Of a stretch of 64,000 nucleotides of DNA, positions 10,086 through 21,779 are shown piece after piece. This DNA comes from Candidatus Marinacidobacterales bacterium. GTDB lineage: Bacteria; Acidobacteriota; Vicinamibacteria; Marinacidobacterales; SMYC01. The first letter of the stretch is position 1. Each line of letters begins with the position of its first letter. The DNA lies in contig OZ250169.1 in the NCBI GenBank assembly GCA_965237955.1, positions 7,936,001 to 8,000,000 of the forward strand. The letters run 5' to 3'. The notes beneath the pieces were generated by a model. It worked only from the letters and a program-made list of their open reading frames with translations, ran no database searches and was not told where the DNA came from. The position numbers were made by a program, and so were the translations under genes.

Positions 10086-11170
10086 GGCGTTGTTGCACGG
10101 CCCGGAGCAAATCGCTGACCTCCCTGTGCCGGTTGCAGAGTCACCCGGCGCAGTACGTATCGGGCATCCCGAGCGCAGCCATCTTGTTGAGTATCTCGCA
10201 CCCAATTCGGTGTTCAACTCGTTGCCTCGCCAACGTTCGAGCCCGCATCTCCGGCCCGATGATCGCCTTGTAACGATAGACCGCGTTCTCCACCATGCTT
10301 CGCTTGGTGTAGCCTGAGAGCTTGTACCATTCACGTCGGCCGTGTCTTTCGATTGCACGAATATGGCGATCGCGCTCCTGCATGGCGGTGTTCGAATTCT
10401 GACTGAGCGTCGCGTTTCGTTGCGGCGGAATCACCACGCGCGTCCTTCGTCCAGGACTGTGCGCTTCGATGGCTTCGTAGACCGCTTCCTTGTCGTATGC
10501 ACTGTCCGCCGCCACCGACACTAGAGGTGCTTGAATCTGTGTTAGCAAAGCGGGGACTCGGGTTGCGTCGCGAGCTCGTGACGCCGTCAGTTCGGACGCA
10601 ACAATGTTCCCTGTCTCGCGATCAACGGCGATGTGCAACTTGCGCCATGCGCGCTGCTTTGGCGGTTTGCGAGCGTTTCCAACATGAATCCTCAAGCCCG
10701 TGCTATCGATCATCAGGTGGATGGGTTGAGTGCTCGCGGCTTTCGGAATCCGCAGCTTCTTGCGGAGCAACCTCGAGCGCCGACACAACGTCGAGTAGTC
10801 CGGGATCTCGATACCGAGCCCGAGAAGCGAGGCGATCGAGTGCAAGAAGCCTTCGGTTTGTCGGTAGGCGAGCTTGTACACCATCCGGACAACCAGGCCC
10901 GTTTCAATCGCCATGTCTGAATAGACCCGTTGACCGCCAGGCTTACCGGTCTTGTCGGCCTTCCAGTTCGCGATTGCCTCCTCGTCAAACCAGACTGTCA
11001 AATCGCCCCGGCGGCGCAGCCCTTCGTTGTATTCCGCCCAGTTGCGAACGTGGTACTTCTTCTGCTTCGCGTGCTTGTACTGGCAGCGCTTGGGATACTT
11101 CATGCTCGAACATACCTCGGCCACCACCATAGGCGGATTTCGCTCTCAGCCAGAGCGGTGCAACAACGCC
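10086..11170 (-). mobile_element. Main IS5 (IS903 group) element, 1085 bp; transposase 10141-11130
   Basis: 13-bp IRs ggcgttgttgcac; motifs NWAEYNEGLRRRG, IDSTG, WRKLH, ADSAYD, RSMVENAVYRYK. Confidence 0.97.
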
Positions 11171-11499
11171 TGGATCAGAAACGCATCGCGGGGATTGGAA
11201 ACATCCATGCCGCCGAAGCTCTTTTTCTCGCCGGTATCCATCCGGAGCGAAGCGCGTCCGGACTGACACGAGAAGAAAGCGTGCTCCTCGCCCGTTACAT
11301 CCGCCGCGAGCTCCGGGCTGAGATCGCGCGATCGCGCTCGGAAAACCTCAGGTATCTACAGCAGGGCGAAGCGAACCGGTTCCGGGTGTACGGGCACGCG
11401 GATGAGCCGTGCCCGCGATGTGGTGCGTCGATTGCAAAACTCGTCCAAGGGGGGCGATCCAGCTACTATTGCCCCGAGTGCCAACCCAAGAGGAAATGA
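11171..11499 (+). pseudogene. mutM: Formamidopyrimidine-DNA glycosylase, 3' fragment
   Basis: DQKRIAGIGNI (H2TH) and CPRC...CPECQ zinc finger. Confidence 0.9.
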
Positions 11500-11500
11500 C

Positions 11501-12119
11501 ATGAACCGCGAAGATCTGAGCCTGTCGACACGAGCCATCCATTCAGGCGCGAGTGGACCGCGCGAGAATCGACCCGTCGTCCCGCCCATCCATTTGTCCG
11601 CGACGTTCGAATCGAAAGACGTCGACGAGCAAGTTGCCATCGAAGAGGCAAAAGCCGATATGTTCTACACCCGCTACGGCAATCCTACCCTCACGATTGC
11701 CGAGCGCACCGTCGCCGAGCTCGAAGGAGCAGAATCGGCCGCCGTGTTCGGCTCGGGGATGGCCGCCATTACCACGACGCTTCTCGCGCACTTGCAGCGG
11801 GGCGACCACGCGGTCTTTCAGCGCGAGGTTTACGGCGGAGTCCATCGATTTGCCTACGAGCTCCTTCCGCGCTACGGTGTCGACGTCAGCTGGTTCGAGG
11901 CCACCGACGTCTCCGGCTTCGAAAGCGCGATTCGAGACAACACCAAACTGGTGTACGTAGAATCACCGACGAACCCGACGTTGAAGCTCGTGGATATCGA
12001 GCGCGTCACGTCGGTAGCGAGACCACGAGGCATCGTCTCACTCATTGATTCGACGTTCGCCACTCCGCTCAACACCCAGCCGCACACGCTTGGCGTCGAC
12101 GGCGTCCTGCACTCCGCTA
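11501..12119 (+). pseudogene. PLP-dependent trans-sulfuration enzyme (cystathionine gamma-synthase/Met gamma-lyase family), 3'-truncated
   Basis: YTRYGNPT, SGMAAI, ESPTNP, DSTFATP; cut at HSA, just before the PLP lysine. Confidence 0.9.
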
Positions 12120-13205
12120 GGCGTTGTTGCACCGCTCTGGCTGAGAGCGAAATCCGCCTATGGTGGTGGCCGAGGTATGTTCGAGCATGAAGTATCCCAA
12201 GCGCTGCCAGTACAAGCACGCGAAGCAGAAGAAGTACCACGTTCGCAACTGGGCGGAATACAACGAAGGGCTGCGCCGCCGGGGCGATTTGACAGTCTGG
12301 TTTGACGAGGAGGCAATCGCGAACTGGAAGGCCGACAAGACCGGTAAGCCTGGCGGTCAACGGGTCTATTTCAGACATGGCGATTGAAACGGGCCTGGTT
12401 GTCCGGATGGTGTACAAGCTCGCCTACCGACAAACCGAAGGCTTCTTGCACTCGATCGCCTCGCTTCTCGGGCTCGGTATCGAGATCCCGGACTACTCGA
12501 CGTTGTGTCGGCGCTCGAGGTTGCTCCGCAAGAAGCTGCGGATTCCGAAAGCCGCGAGCACTCAACCCATCCACCTGATGATCGATAGCACGGGCTTGAG
12601 GATTCATGTTGGAAACGCTCGCAAACCGCCAAAGCAGCGCGCATGGCGCAAGTTGCACATCGCCGTTGATCGCGAGACAGGGAACATTGTTGCGTCCGAA
12701 CTGACGGCGTCACGAGCTCGCGACGCAACCCGAGTCCCCGCTTTGCTAACACAGATTCAAGCACCTCTAGTGTCGGTGGCGGCGGACAGTGCATACGACA
12801 AGGAAGCGGTCTACGAAGCCATCGAAGCGCACAGTCCTGGACGAAGGACGCGCGTGGTGATTCCGCCGCAACGAAACGCGACGCTCAGTCAGAATTCGAA
12901 CACCGCCATGCAGGAGCGCGATCGCCATATTCGTGCAATCGAAAGACACGGCCGACGTGAATGGTACAAGCTCTCAGGCTACACCAAGCGAAGCATGGTG
13001 GAGAACGCGGTCTATCGTTACAAGGCGATCATCGGGCCGGAGATGCGGGCTCGAACGTTGGCGAGGCAACGAGTTGAACACCGAATTGGGTGCGAGATAC
13101 TCAACAAGATGGCTGCGCTCGGGATGCCCGATACGTACTGCGCCGGGTGACTCTGCAACCGGCACAGGGAGGTCAGCGATTTGCTCCGGGCCGTGCAACA
13201 ACGCC
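12120..13205 (+). mobile_element. Main IS5 element with +1 frameshift near 12370
   Basis: gtctatttcag versus gtctattcag in other copies. Confidence 0.95.
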
Positions 13206-13543
13206 GTCGGCGGTCGAGCTCCGCCTGGGCGAAAAACGCCGATGCCTTGCGTAGGATCTCGTTCGCTCGAGCGCCTTGAGTCGCGTGCGCTCGTCCGTCG
13301 TCAGCCCCACGCGTTTGCCTGTGTCACGTTCTGCTTGACGCACCCACTTGCGCAGCGTCTCCGACGTGCACCCAATCTTCGACGCGACCGAGACGATCGC
13401 CGCCCACTGAGATTCGTGCTGATGCTGCTGGTCCAAGACCATCCGCACCGCGCGCTCTTTCACCTCCGGTGAATACCTGCTTCGTCTTGCCATGACTCCA
13501 TCCTCTCAAGAGTTGGAGTCTCCGGGAAACCCGGGGCGGTTCA
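13206..13543 (-). mobile_element. IS3-family (IS51 group) left part with OrfA, truncated
   Basis: MARRSRYSPEVKERAVRMV...IGCTSETLRKWVRQAE; left IR tgaaccgccccggg. Confidence 0.9.
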
Positions 13544-13785
13544 TTTCGACTCCATCGTCACACGAAGCGAAAGGCCACGTCCACTCGATTCGCTGGTTAT
13601 GTCATCGCCGCCGCGATGGACGGCCTCGCGGCTGTACTCTGTTCAACTATCACGGCTTGACTTGTGAGATACAGGACACATAGCATCGCCACTGTCAGCA
13701 AACTGCCCATGAGGAGCGGAACGTGTCAACGACTTTGAGACATGCTCGGTCGCATTTTAGTGTTCCGTAGAGTTAGCCCGGAAGA

Positions 13786-16569
13786 ATGATGCCTTTCCCA
13801 AGACATGCCACCGCCGGCTTGCTACTCTTTTTCTTGACAGCGCCGCCGGCGGGCGCGCAAGAAAAGCAGCCCGTCACGTCCGAAGATTATGGTCGCTGGG
13901 AGACCTTGAGAGAAGGCTCTCTCTCTCCCGATGGCGGGTGGCTCGTCTACGAGATCGGCCGCGTCAACGGCAGTGACGAGCTGCGCCTCCACAGGCTGCA
14001 GGCTGAAAAGCTGAACGAACCTTTCAAGACTGTTGATTTCGGCAGCAAACCGGCCTTCTCGGACGATTCCCGATTCATGGCGTACCGGATCGGGGTCCAC
14101 GAGGACGAGCGGCGCCGGGCCGAGAAAGAAAACAAGCCGGTGCGGGACAAGATGGGGCTCGTCAGCCTGGACGATGGTACGACCGAGGTCATCGAGGGCG
14201 TCCAGACGTTCGCTTTCAGTGAAGGAGGCCCTTATCTCGCCATTCACCGCTATCCTCCCGAGAAGGAGGAGGAGGAGGAGGAGGAGGAAACCCTCGGCGC
14301 GGACTTGATGGTTCGGAATCTCTCGACCCGAAGGAATGCCAGCTTCGGCAACGTCTCCGAGTTTCTTTGGCAACCGAAGGGAACGTTGCTCGCGACGATC
14401 ATCGCGACGGAAAGCGGAACCGGAAACGGCATTCAGCTCTTCGAGCCCCCCAGCGGTGTCCTGCGCGTGCTGGATTCTTCTAGCTCGAGCTATCACCGCC
14501 TTGCCTGGAGAAAAGACAGCGACGACTTGGCGGTTCTTCGCACTCTTGAAGACGAGCAGCACGAAGGCGAGACGAATATCGTCCTGGCCTGGAAGGACCT
14601 TTCCAGCGCGCCCGAGCGTTTCGTTTACGATCCGTCGGCGGACTCCGAGTTCCCGACCGACACTCGCATCGTGGACTACAGGGCTCTCGAGTGGGCGGAC
14701 GATGGCGCCACGGTGTTCCTGGGAATCAAGAAATGGAAGAAAACGGAGCGCGAGGAGCCCGCCGAGGACAAATCTCCCGAGGAGGACGACGGGGACGAGG
14801 AGTCCAACGTCGAGATCTGGCACGTCAAGGATTCCCACGTCATCCCTGAGCAGAAACTGCGTGAGAAGCAATACCGCGAGAAGAACTGGCTCGCCGCCTG
14901 GCACCTGGACTCGGCTCGCTTCGTGAGGCTTGGTGACGAGCGGATCGAGGATGTCTGGCCGGTGAGGCACTCACGCTTTGCCATCGGCCTGGACGTCAAC
15001 CCCTACGAACGCCTCGCCATGTCCGGCCGCGGGCGCCGGGATGTTTACGTCATCGATGTGACGAGTGGCGAGAGAAGGAAGATCACAGAAGCACTCCAGG
15101 GTGGACCGCAGTTCCCCGATCCCTTGCTGAATGCGAGTCCGGGCGGAAGATACGTCATCTATCTCAAGGACGATGACTACTGGACCTACGATCTCGAGAC
15201 CGGCAAACACACGAACTTAACCGAAGACATCGAGACCTCATTCATCAATCGGGAAGACGACCATCCGGTGGAGCAAAAACCGCCTTACGGCATCGCCGGC
15301 TGGCAAGAAGGAGATGAGGCCGTAGTTCTCCACGACAAGTACGACCTCTGGGAGGTCCAACCGAATGGCTCGGGAGCAAAGCGGTTGACCGATGGTTCGC
15401 AGCAACAGATTCAACATCGTTACGTGAAGCTCGACCCGGACGAGGAATTCATCGACCGCGCGAAGCCCCTCTACCTGAGCCTTTATGGCGAGTGGAGCAA
15501 GAAGTTCGGCTTTGCTCGGCTGGGGGCGAACTCGGGGCCTGAGCGGCTCGCCTGGTCGGATAGCAAGGTTCAACGGCTCGCCAAGGCAAGCGACGCCGAA
15601 GTGTACGCCTATATCGCGGAGAACTTCGCCGACTCACCGGACTATTTCACCGCCGGCCCCGATCTCGCACGGCCCCGACAGGTGTCCGAGACCAACCCCT
15701 TTCAAAAGGACTACGCCTGGGGCCGATCGGAGCTCATCGAGTACACAAACCGCGATGGCGACCGACTTCAGGGTGCTCTCTTTTACCCGGCCGGCTATCA
15801 AGCCGGAAAACAGTACCCCATGCTCGTTTACATCTACGAGAAGCGTTCCCAGGAGGTGCACGACTACGTCGTCCCGACGGAACGTCGTGAGTACAACATC
15901 TCTGTTTTCACAGGTCGTGGCTACTTCGTCCTCCGACCGGATATCGTCTTCCGGGCCCGCGAGCCCGGCGCGTCCGCTCTCGACTGCATCACCTCTGCGG
16001 TGAAGAAAGTCCTCGAGTCCGGAATGATCGACCCCAGCCGCCTCGGCCTAGTCGGACATTCCTGGGGCGGTTACGAGACCAGCTTCGTATCGACACGAAG
16101 CGATCTCTTCGCAGCCGCCGTTGCCGGCGCGCCTCTCACCAACTTCTTCAGTATGTACGGCTCCATTTTCTGGAACACGGGCGTTCCCGAGACCGAGCAC
16201 TTCGAGGTGGGCCAGGAGCGAATGGAAGTCCCTTTCTGGGAGGATGTGGACGCTTTCATCCGTAACTCCCCCATTTTTGGAATCCAGAACCTCAAGACGC
16301 CCTTGCTCATGGCCTTCGGCGACAAGGACGGCTCGGTGGATTGGCACCAGGGCATCGAGATGTACAACGCGGCGCGCCGCGCCGGGAAGCAGTTCGTCCT
16401 GCTCGTGTATCCGGGCGAGAACCATCACAACCGCCGCAAGCCCAACCAGATCGATTACCACCGGCGCGTCCTCGAGTGGTTCGATCACTATCTGCAAGGG
16501 GCAGAGGCCCCGAAGTGGATATCCGAGGGCGTCCCGTATCTGGAGCAGCAGAAAGAGAAAAAGGAGTGA
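13786..16569 (+). CDS. Secreted S9 prolyl oligopeptidase-family peptidase
   Basis: Signal peptide, GHSWGG nucleophile motif, DGSV, YPGENH. Confidence 0.92.
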   Translation: MMPFPRHATAGLLLFFLTAPPAGAQEKQPVTSEDYGRWETLREGSLSPDGGWLVYEIGRVNGSDELRLHRLQAEKLNEPFKTVDFGSKPAFSDDSRFMAYRIGVHEDERRRAEKENKPVRDKMGLVSLDDGTTEVIEGVQTFAFSEGGPYLAIHRYPPEKEEEEEEEETLGADLMVRNLSTRRNASFGNVSEFLWQPKGTLLATIIATESGTGNGIQLFEPPSGVLRVLDSSSSSYHRLAWRKDSDDLAVLRTLEDEQHEGETNIVLAWKDLSSAPERFVYDPSADSEFPTDTRIVDYRALEWADDGATVFLGIKKWKKTEREEPAEDKSPEEDDGDEESNVEIWHVKDSHVIPEQKLREKQYREKNWLAAWHLDSARFVRLGDERIEDVWPVRHSRFAIGLDVNPYERLAMSGRGRRDVYVIDVTSGERRKITEALQGGPQFPDPLLNASPGGRYVIYLKDDDYWTYDLETGKHTNLTEDIETSFINREDDHPVEQKPPYGIAGWQEGDEAVVLHDKYDLWEVQPNGSGAKRLTDGSQQQIQHRYVKLDPDEEFIDRAKPLYLSLYGEWSKKFGFARLGANSGPERLAWSDSKVQRLAKASDAEVYAYIAENFADSPDYFTAGPDLARPRQVSETNPFQKDYAWGRSELIEYTNRDGDRLQGALFYPAGYQAGKQYPMLVYIYEKRSQEVHDYVVPTERREYNISVFTGRGYFVLRPDIVFRAREPGASALDCITSAVKKVLESGMIDPSRLGLVGHSWGGYETSFVSTRSDLFAAAVAGAPLTNFFSMYGSIFWNTGVPETEHFEVGQERMEVPFWEDVDAFIRNSPIFGIQNLKTPLLMAFGDKDGSVDWHQGIEMYNAARRAGKQFVLLVYPGENHHNRRKPNQIDYHRRVLEWFDHYLQGAEAPKWISEGVPYLEQQKEKKE

Positions 16570-16766
16570 CTTCGAGCGCGCTCCTAGGTCAAGCCGAGAC
16601 TGGAGCGCGTGCGATATGCCGCCAATCACACTGCCTTTTACGGGCACGAATTTCACTCCTTGTTTCTCGGAGCCCTTCCCTTGACGACCGTTCATGTTCA
16701 CTCGTCTTCCAACCGTCGGCATGGGGCGATAGGGAGTCCAGGAGACGGACCTTCGCGCCATTTGCC

Positions 16767-17851
16767 GGCGTTGTTGCACCGCTCTGGCTGAGAGCGAAAT
16801 CCGCCTATGGTGGTGGCCGAGGTATGTTCGAGCATGAAGTATCCCAAGCGCTGCCAGTACAAGCACGCGAAGCAGAAGAAGTACCACGTTCGCAACTGGG
16901 CGGAATACAACGAAGGGCTGCGCCGCCGGGGCGATTTGACAGTCTGGTTTGACGAGGAGGCAATCGCGAACTGGAAGGCCGACAAGACCGGTAAGCCTGG
17001 CGGTCAACGGGTCTATTCAGACATGGCGATTGAAACGGGCCTGGTTGTCCGGATGGTGTACAAGCTCGCCTACCGACAAACCGAAGGCTTCTTGCACTCG
17101 ATCGCCTCGCTTCTCGGGCTCGGTATCGAGATCCCGGACTACTCGACGTTGTGTCGGCGCTCGAGGTTGCTCCGCAAGAAGCTGCGGATTCCGAAAGCCG
17201 CGAGCACTCAACCCATCCACCTGATGATCGATAGCACGGGCTTGAGGATTCATGTTGGAAACGCTCGCAAACCGCCAAAGCAGCGCGCATGGCGCAAGTT
17301 GCACATCGCCGTTGATCGCGAGACCGGCAACATTGTTGCGTCCGAACTGACGGCGTCACGAGCTCGCGACGCAACCCGAGTCCCCGCTTTGCTAACACAG
17401 ATTCAAGCACCTCTAGTGTCGGTGGCGGCGGACAGTGCATACGACAAGGAAGCGGTCTACGAAGCCATCGAAGCGCACAGTCCTGGACGAAGGACGCGCG
17501 TGGTGATTCCGCCGCAACGAAACGCGACGCTCAGTCAGAATTCGAACACCGCCATGCAGGAGCGCGATCGCCATATTCGTGCAATCGAAAGACACGGCCG
17601 ACGTGAATGGTACAAGCTCTCAGGCTACACCAAGCGAAGCATGGTGGAGAACGCGGTCTATCGTTACAAGGCGATCATCGGGCCGGAGATGCGGGCTCGA
17701 ACGTTGGCGAGGCAACGAGTTGAACACCGAATTGGGTGCGAGATACTCAACAAGATGGCTGCGCTCGGGATGCCCGATACGTACTGCGCCGGGTGACTCT
17801 GCAACCGGCACAGGGAGGTCAGCGATTTGCTCCGGGCCGTGCAACAACGCC
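16767..17851 (+). mobile_element. Main IS5 element; transposase 16807-17796
   Basis: Both IRs and intact ORF. Confidence 0.97.
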
Positions 17852-18029
17852 TCTGCTCGCCACGGAGAAAAATTTCCGTCGTATCATTGGATACCAATCG
17901 CTACCGATCCTCGAAGCGAAGTTAGCGGAGGTCACTGAGAATCAAGCGCTCGACAAGCACGCCAAAGTCGGGTAAACCATGTGTCAGGAGCCGCCACCAC
18001 CTCGAACCTTCAACTATGGTGGGGGCACC
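17852..18029 (+). mobile_element. IS256-family right-end remnant
   Basis: LLATEKNFRRIIGY tail; longer copy at 35848-36106. Confidence 0.75.
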
Positions 18030-18089
18030 TCCGAAATGAAGGTTTTCCTGAGGCGCCTCGGAGCGGATTCCGAAGCGTGAAAAGGCGAA

Positions 18090-18530
18090 TTGAGCGCCGT
18101 GGGTAGTCGTAGAGAGTCCTGCGAGGTAGAACGCTTGGGATTTATTGGATACGCGGCCCGCCGAAACGTAACTCCGGGTCGTGACGTCGTCCGGATCTTC
18201 ATTAACTGCGAGCGCACAGATGCGCCCACCGTCGGCCAACGACAACGCTTGAACGACCCCGCAAGCCTTTCCCTCCCAGACGATATCCGCTTTCTCCATG
18301 CCATCGACGTCCTTTTCGAGGAGCGGCTATGTCGATTCACGGGACTCGATACGCTGTCAGCTGTTCGTAAGTTCCACCGCTTCATGGGTGCTCTCGGGGC
18401 GCGGGCACGCGAAATGGGGCAGGGCCACGACTGGCCATTCGAGTCGACAAGGAACTTGTTGGAGACGCTCGCACGCATCAAGAACTCCCGCGACTACAGT
18501 TCCATCGCTCAGTCCCCTTCAACTCCATAG
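18090..18530 (+). CDS. Hypothetical protein (second copy 35347-35787, minus strand); start uncertain
   Basis: Open frame in both copies; no recognised motif. Confidence 0.35.
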   Translation: MSAVGSRRESCEVERLGFIGYAARRNVTPGRDVVRIFINCERTDAPTVGQRQRLNDPASLSLPDDIRFLHAIDVLFEERLCRFTGLDTLSAVRKFHRFMGALGARAREMGQGHDWPFESTRNLLETLARIKNSRDYSSIAQSPSTP

Positions 18531-18970
18531 ATAAACCGATACGAGGCTCTCGAACGGCCAGGCATGACGCAAACGCGCAAGTAACGGTTACCGCGGCTTC
18601 TCGAATCCAACGCCGAACCGCACCAGCTCAACGCCCGGCGCGCCAATTCGGCGGACCGAGATCACGGTTCAGTAAGAGGAAGCCAGCTGCCCCCTTCGTC
18701 TTCCCACTGTACCAAGGCCGAGCGTAGGTCAGAGGCGTCTTTCGCTTCCTGCTCGCACGCGGGCCCCGCCGTGCTCTCGCGTTCGTGCTTTGGAGGGCGT
18801 TTCTGCGCCTGCCCGAAGCTCGGTGTCGTTCGCTCTAGCATAAACTTCCGCCGATCCTACATCAGCGCCTTTCTGAGGGCAGGCTTGCCTGTGGCTCATC
18901 ATTATTATTAAACGGGACGGACCCGTAGTCACGCTGTGCCTCATCAAAACGCGTCCGCCCACGAAATCAG

Positions 18971-19227
18971 GGTGCTTCCGCCATGAACTGTTGGCGGCCA
19001 GGCGGTAACCCGTTCGCGTGCTAGAGTTTGAGCCTAGATCCGAGAGAACGAGTTCTCTCGTCGACAAGGCCCATGCGAAGTGACGAATTTGAGCTGTCTC
19101 AACCCCGAATGTCCGCTGCTGGGAAAAGTGGGTTCTGGAAGCATCATCCGCCACGGTTTCTACACAACGAGGTCCGGGAAACGCCGGCGATACCGGTGCG
19201 TCGGGTGCGGAAAGACGTTCTCTTCGA
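18971..19227 (+). mobile_element. IS1-like element left fragment (zinc-ribbon N-terminus)
   Basis: End ggtgcttccgccat; CLNPECP...RRYRCVGCGKTF. Confidence 0.75.
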
Positions 19228-19440
19228 GGCGTTGGTGCACGAATCGCTCTTGACTCCGGTAACCGCTTCGACTCAGCTTCTCGATACATTGAATATCGAG
19301 GAGATGAACCCATGGTCGCGCGCAAGTCCAGCCGAGTGAACCGCAAATACAAGACGAATATCGCGTGACCAACTGGCGGGAGTACGAGCGTGGCCTCAGG
19401 AGCCGTGGCGACATCACCGTTTGGTTCTCAGACGAGGCTC
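19228..19440 (+). mobile_element. Third IS5/IS903-group type, left fragment
   Basis: IR ggcgttggtgcac; RVTNWREYERGLRSRGDITVWF. Confidence 0.8.
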
Positions 19441-19499
19441 GGCAGCTCAGCCACGTCGATCCGTCCTCCGGTTGCACGAATACCTCTAGTCGGCCTGGA

Positions 19500-19710
19500 T
19501 CCAGTTCGCGATTGCCTCCTCGTCAAAGTTAGACTGTCAAATCGCCCCGGCGGCGCAGCCCTTCATAAGTATTCCGCCCACTTGCGAACGTGGTACTTCT
19601 TCGGCTTCGCTCTGCTTGTACTGGCAGTTTGCTTGGGATACTTCATGCTCGAACATAGCCTCGTAGCCACCACGCATAATGGCGGATTTCGCTCTCAGCC
19701 GAGCGGTGCG
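19500..19710 (-). mobile_element. Indel-riddled fragment of the main IS5 5' end
   Basis: Aligns to about 10963-11160 with many 1-3 nt indels. Confidence 0.75.
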
Positions 19711-19746
19711 CCCCGCGGGCTGATTCGGCGCGTGCTAGCATGTTGG

Positions 19747-21192
19747 ATGCGCTCCCTTTTGGAATCGACGGCTCTGGACGAGCTCGTTTTCGACAACCGT
19801 TTCACCCGGGAGCTCCCGGCCGATCCCGACGAGACGAATCGACCGCGCCAAGTCTTGGGCGCGTGCTTTTCCCGTGTTTGGCCCGCCAAAGTCCGTGCTC
19901 CGGAGCTGGTCGCTTTCGCCTCGGAAGTCGCCGAAGAGCTCGGGCTCTCGCCCGAGACGTGCCGTTCAGAGGACTTCATCCAGGTTTTTTCGGGGAATCG
20001 GGTGTTGGACGGAATGGACCCGCACGCGACCTGCTATGGCGGCCATCAGTTCGGCCATTGGGCGGGGCAGCTCGGTGATGGGCGCGCGATCAACCTTGGA
20101 GAGCTCGCCGGTCAGGGCGGGAAACGTTGGACGCTCCAGCTCCGCATGCGCGGGGCCTCGCGCGACCTCGTTCAGCCCGTTTCGGGAGCTTCGAGATCTT
20201 CGCCTCCCGGGGCGGAGATCGCACGTCTACACACCGGCTTGAAGCGATTTCAGCTTGCCGATTACACGATTCGGAACGACTTCCCGCACTTGGGCGGGCC
20301 CTCGAAAGAGAGCTATTTGGCGTGGTTTGAGGAGGTTTGCCGAAAGACGGCAGAGCTCATCGTGCATTGGATGCGCGTGGGCTTCGTCCACGGCGTGATG
20401 AATACCGACAACATGTCGGTCCTCGGCCTTACGATCGATTACGGGCCTTACGGTTGGCTCGATAATTTCGATCCCGATTGGACGCCGAACACCACCGATG
20501 CCACGGGCCGCCGCTACCGTTTCGGCCATCAATCGCAGATCGCCCTCTGGAACCTCGTCCAGCTCGCCAACGCCATCCATTGTCTCGTCGAGGATGTCCC
20601 CGCGCTTCAGGCCGCGCTCGAGGTCTATCCGAAGACGTTCGAGAAGGAGTGGCCGGAGATGATGGCAAGGAAGCTCGGGTTCGAGTCCTACCAAGGGGAG
20701 TCCGACAGCGAGTTTTTCACCGAGCTTCAGACGCTCTTGCGTCTCGTCGAAACGGACATGACCATCTTCTATCGCCGCTTGGTCCTGGTCGGGGCGGACG
20801 CATCAGACCCGGATGACGACGTGCGTGACGATGTCATGCTGGAACCTTTGATGGATGCCTTCTACGCGCCCGATGCGCTGACGGTGGAGGACCGGCGTCG
20901 TTGGGGTCGCTGGCTTCGAGCCTATCGCGCCCGGCTACGCGAGGACGGCGTTTGTGGCGCTGTTCGTCGGGAGCGCATGGACGCCGTGAATCCCAAATAT
21001 GTGTTCAGGAACTACATGGCCCAGCTCGCCACCGACCAAGCCGAGACGGGAGACTTCTCGCTCGTCGAAGAGTTGCTCGATGTGCTGCACCACCCTTATG
21101 ACGAACAGCCGGGAAAAGAAGAGCACGCCCAAAAGCGCCCCGACTGGGCTCGGAATCGCCCCGGCTGCTCGATGCTCTCTTGTAGCTCCTGA
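19747..21192 (+). pseudogene. selO: Protein adenylyltransferase SelO/YdiU with garbled and deleted core near 20140-20255
   Basis: YGGHQFG, QLGDGRA, GFVHGVMNTDN, IDYGPYG, C-terminal CSS; the conserved GRAVLRSS block is absent. Confidence 0.88.
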
Positions 21193-21396
21193 GTTTCTTC
21201 GAAAATAATGGCCTTCCCTTGGACTCGGAAAACACTCACTCAGAGTCAATCTGCTGTCTCGAGTCGTCCACCACCTGTGTCAGGGTAGTCGCTCGCCTGG
21301 ACACGGCCAACTCAAGTAGGCGACGTCTACAGTTCTCGATCATTGCCCTTGGGTGAGGACAGCACGCGACACGCCGGTCATCGCGTACGCTACAAC

Positions 21397-21427
21397 GTCA
21401 TCAGTCATCAGTCATCAGTCATCAGTC
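21397..21427. repeat. Heptamer tandem repeat (gtcatca)x4.4
   Basis: Read directly; overlaps the PCD stop codon. Confidence 0.9.
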
Positions 21428-21773
21428 CTGCATGCCCGCCGTAAAAGGCGTCGGTCTTGGCGGCCATGATGAAATCGTTGCGGTGTAGGCCTCGTATCTT
21501 GTGGGTCCACCAAGAGACCGTGACGCGACCCCACTCGGTGAGGATCGCTGGATGGTGGCCCTCGCTTTCAGCCAGCTCGGCGACCTTCTGCGTAAACGCC
21601 AGCGCTTCGGCAAAGTTCTTGAAGCTGAAGACGCGGTTGAGGCGCGGGATGTCCTCCTCAGTCAGGACCTGCCACTCCGGGGTTTCGGGCTTCAGCTGCG
21701 CGATCTCTGAGTCGTTGAGCCTTGGCGCGTCGCGTCGGCAGGCGACGCACTTTTCCTGATTCAACGTATCCAT
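21408..21773 (-). CDS. phhB: Pterin-4a-carbinolamine dehydratase
   Basis: [34 protein letters not shown]. Confidence 0.93.
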   Translation of the reverse strand: MDTLNQEKCVACRRDAPRLNDSEIAQLKPETPEWQVLTEEDIPRLNRVFSFKNFAEALAFTQKVAELAESEGHHPAILTEWGRVTVSWWTHKIRGLHRNDFIMAAKTDAFYGGHAGLMTDD

Positions 21774-21779
21774 GAATTC

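Larger units (their letters stand above)
17852..20063. repeat. Segment duplicated in inverted orientation at 34000-36025
   Basis: Near-identical sequence and ORFs except 19490-19720. Confidence 0.9.

Noticed and set aside
14265-14290. (GAG)n poly-Glu tract
   Set aside because: In-frame acidic linker typical of these peptidases
18729-19352. 207-aa ORF present in both duplicate copies
   Set aside because: It spans the antisense of IS fragments, and its conservation only reflects recent duplication
21180-21192. selO terminal TGA as selenocysteine
   Set aside because: The protein already ends in the Cys-type CSS tail, so this TGA is an ordinary stop
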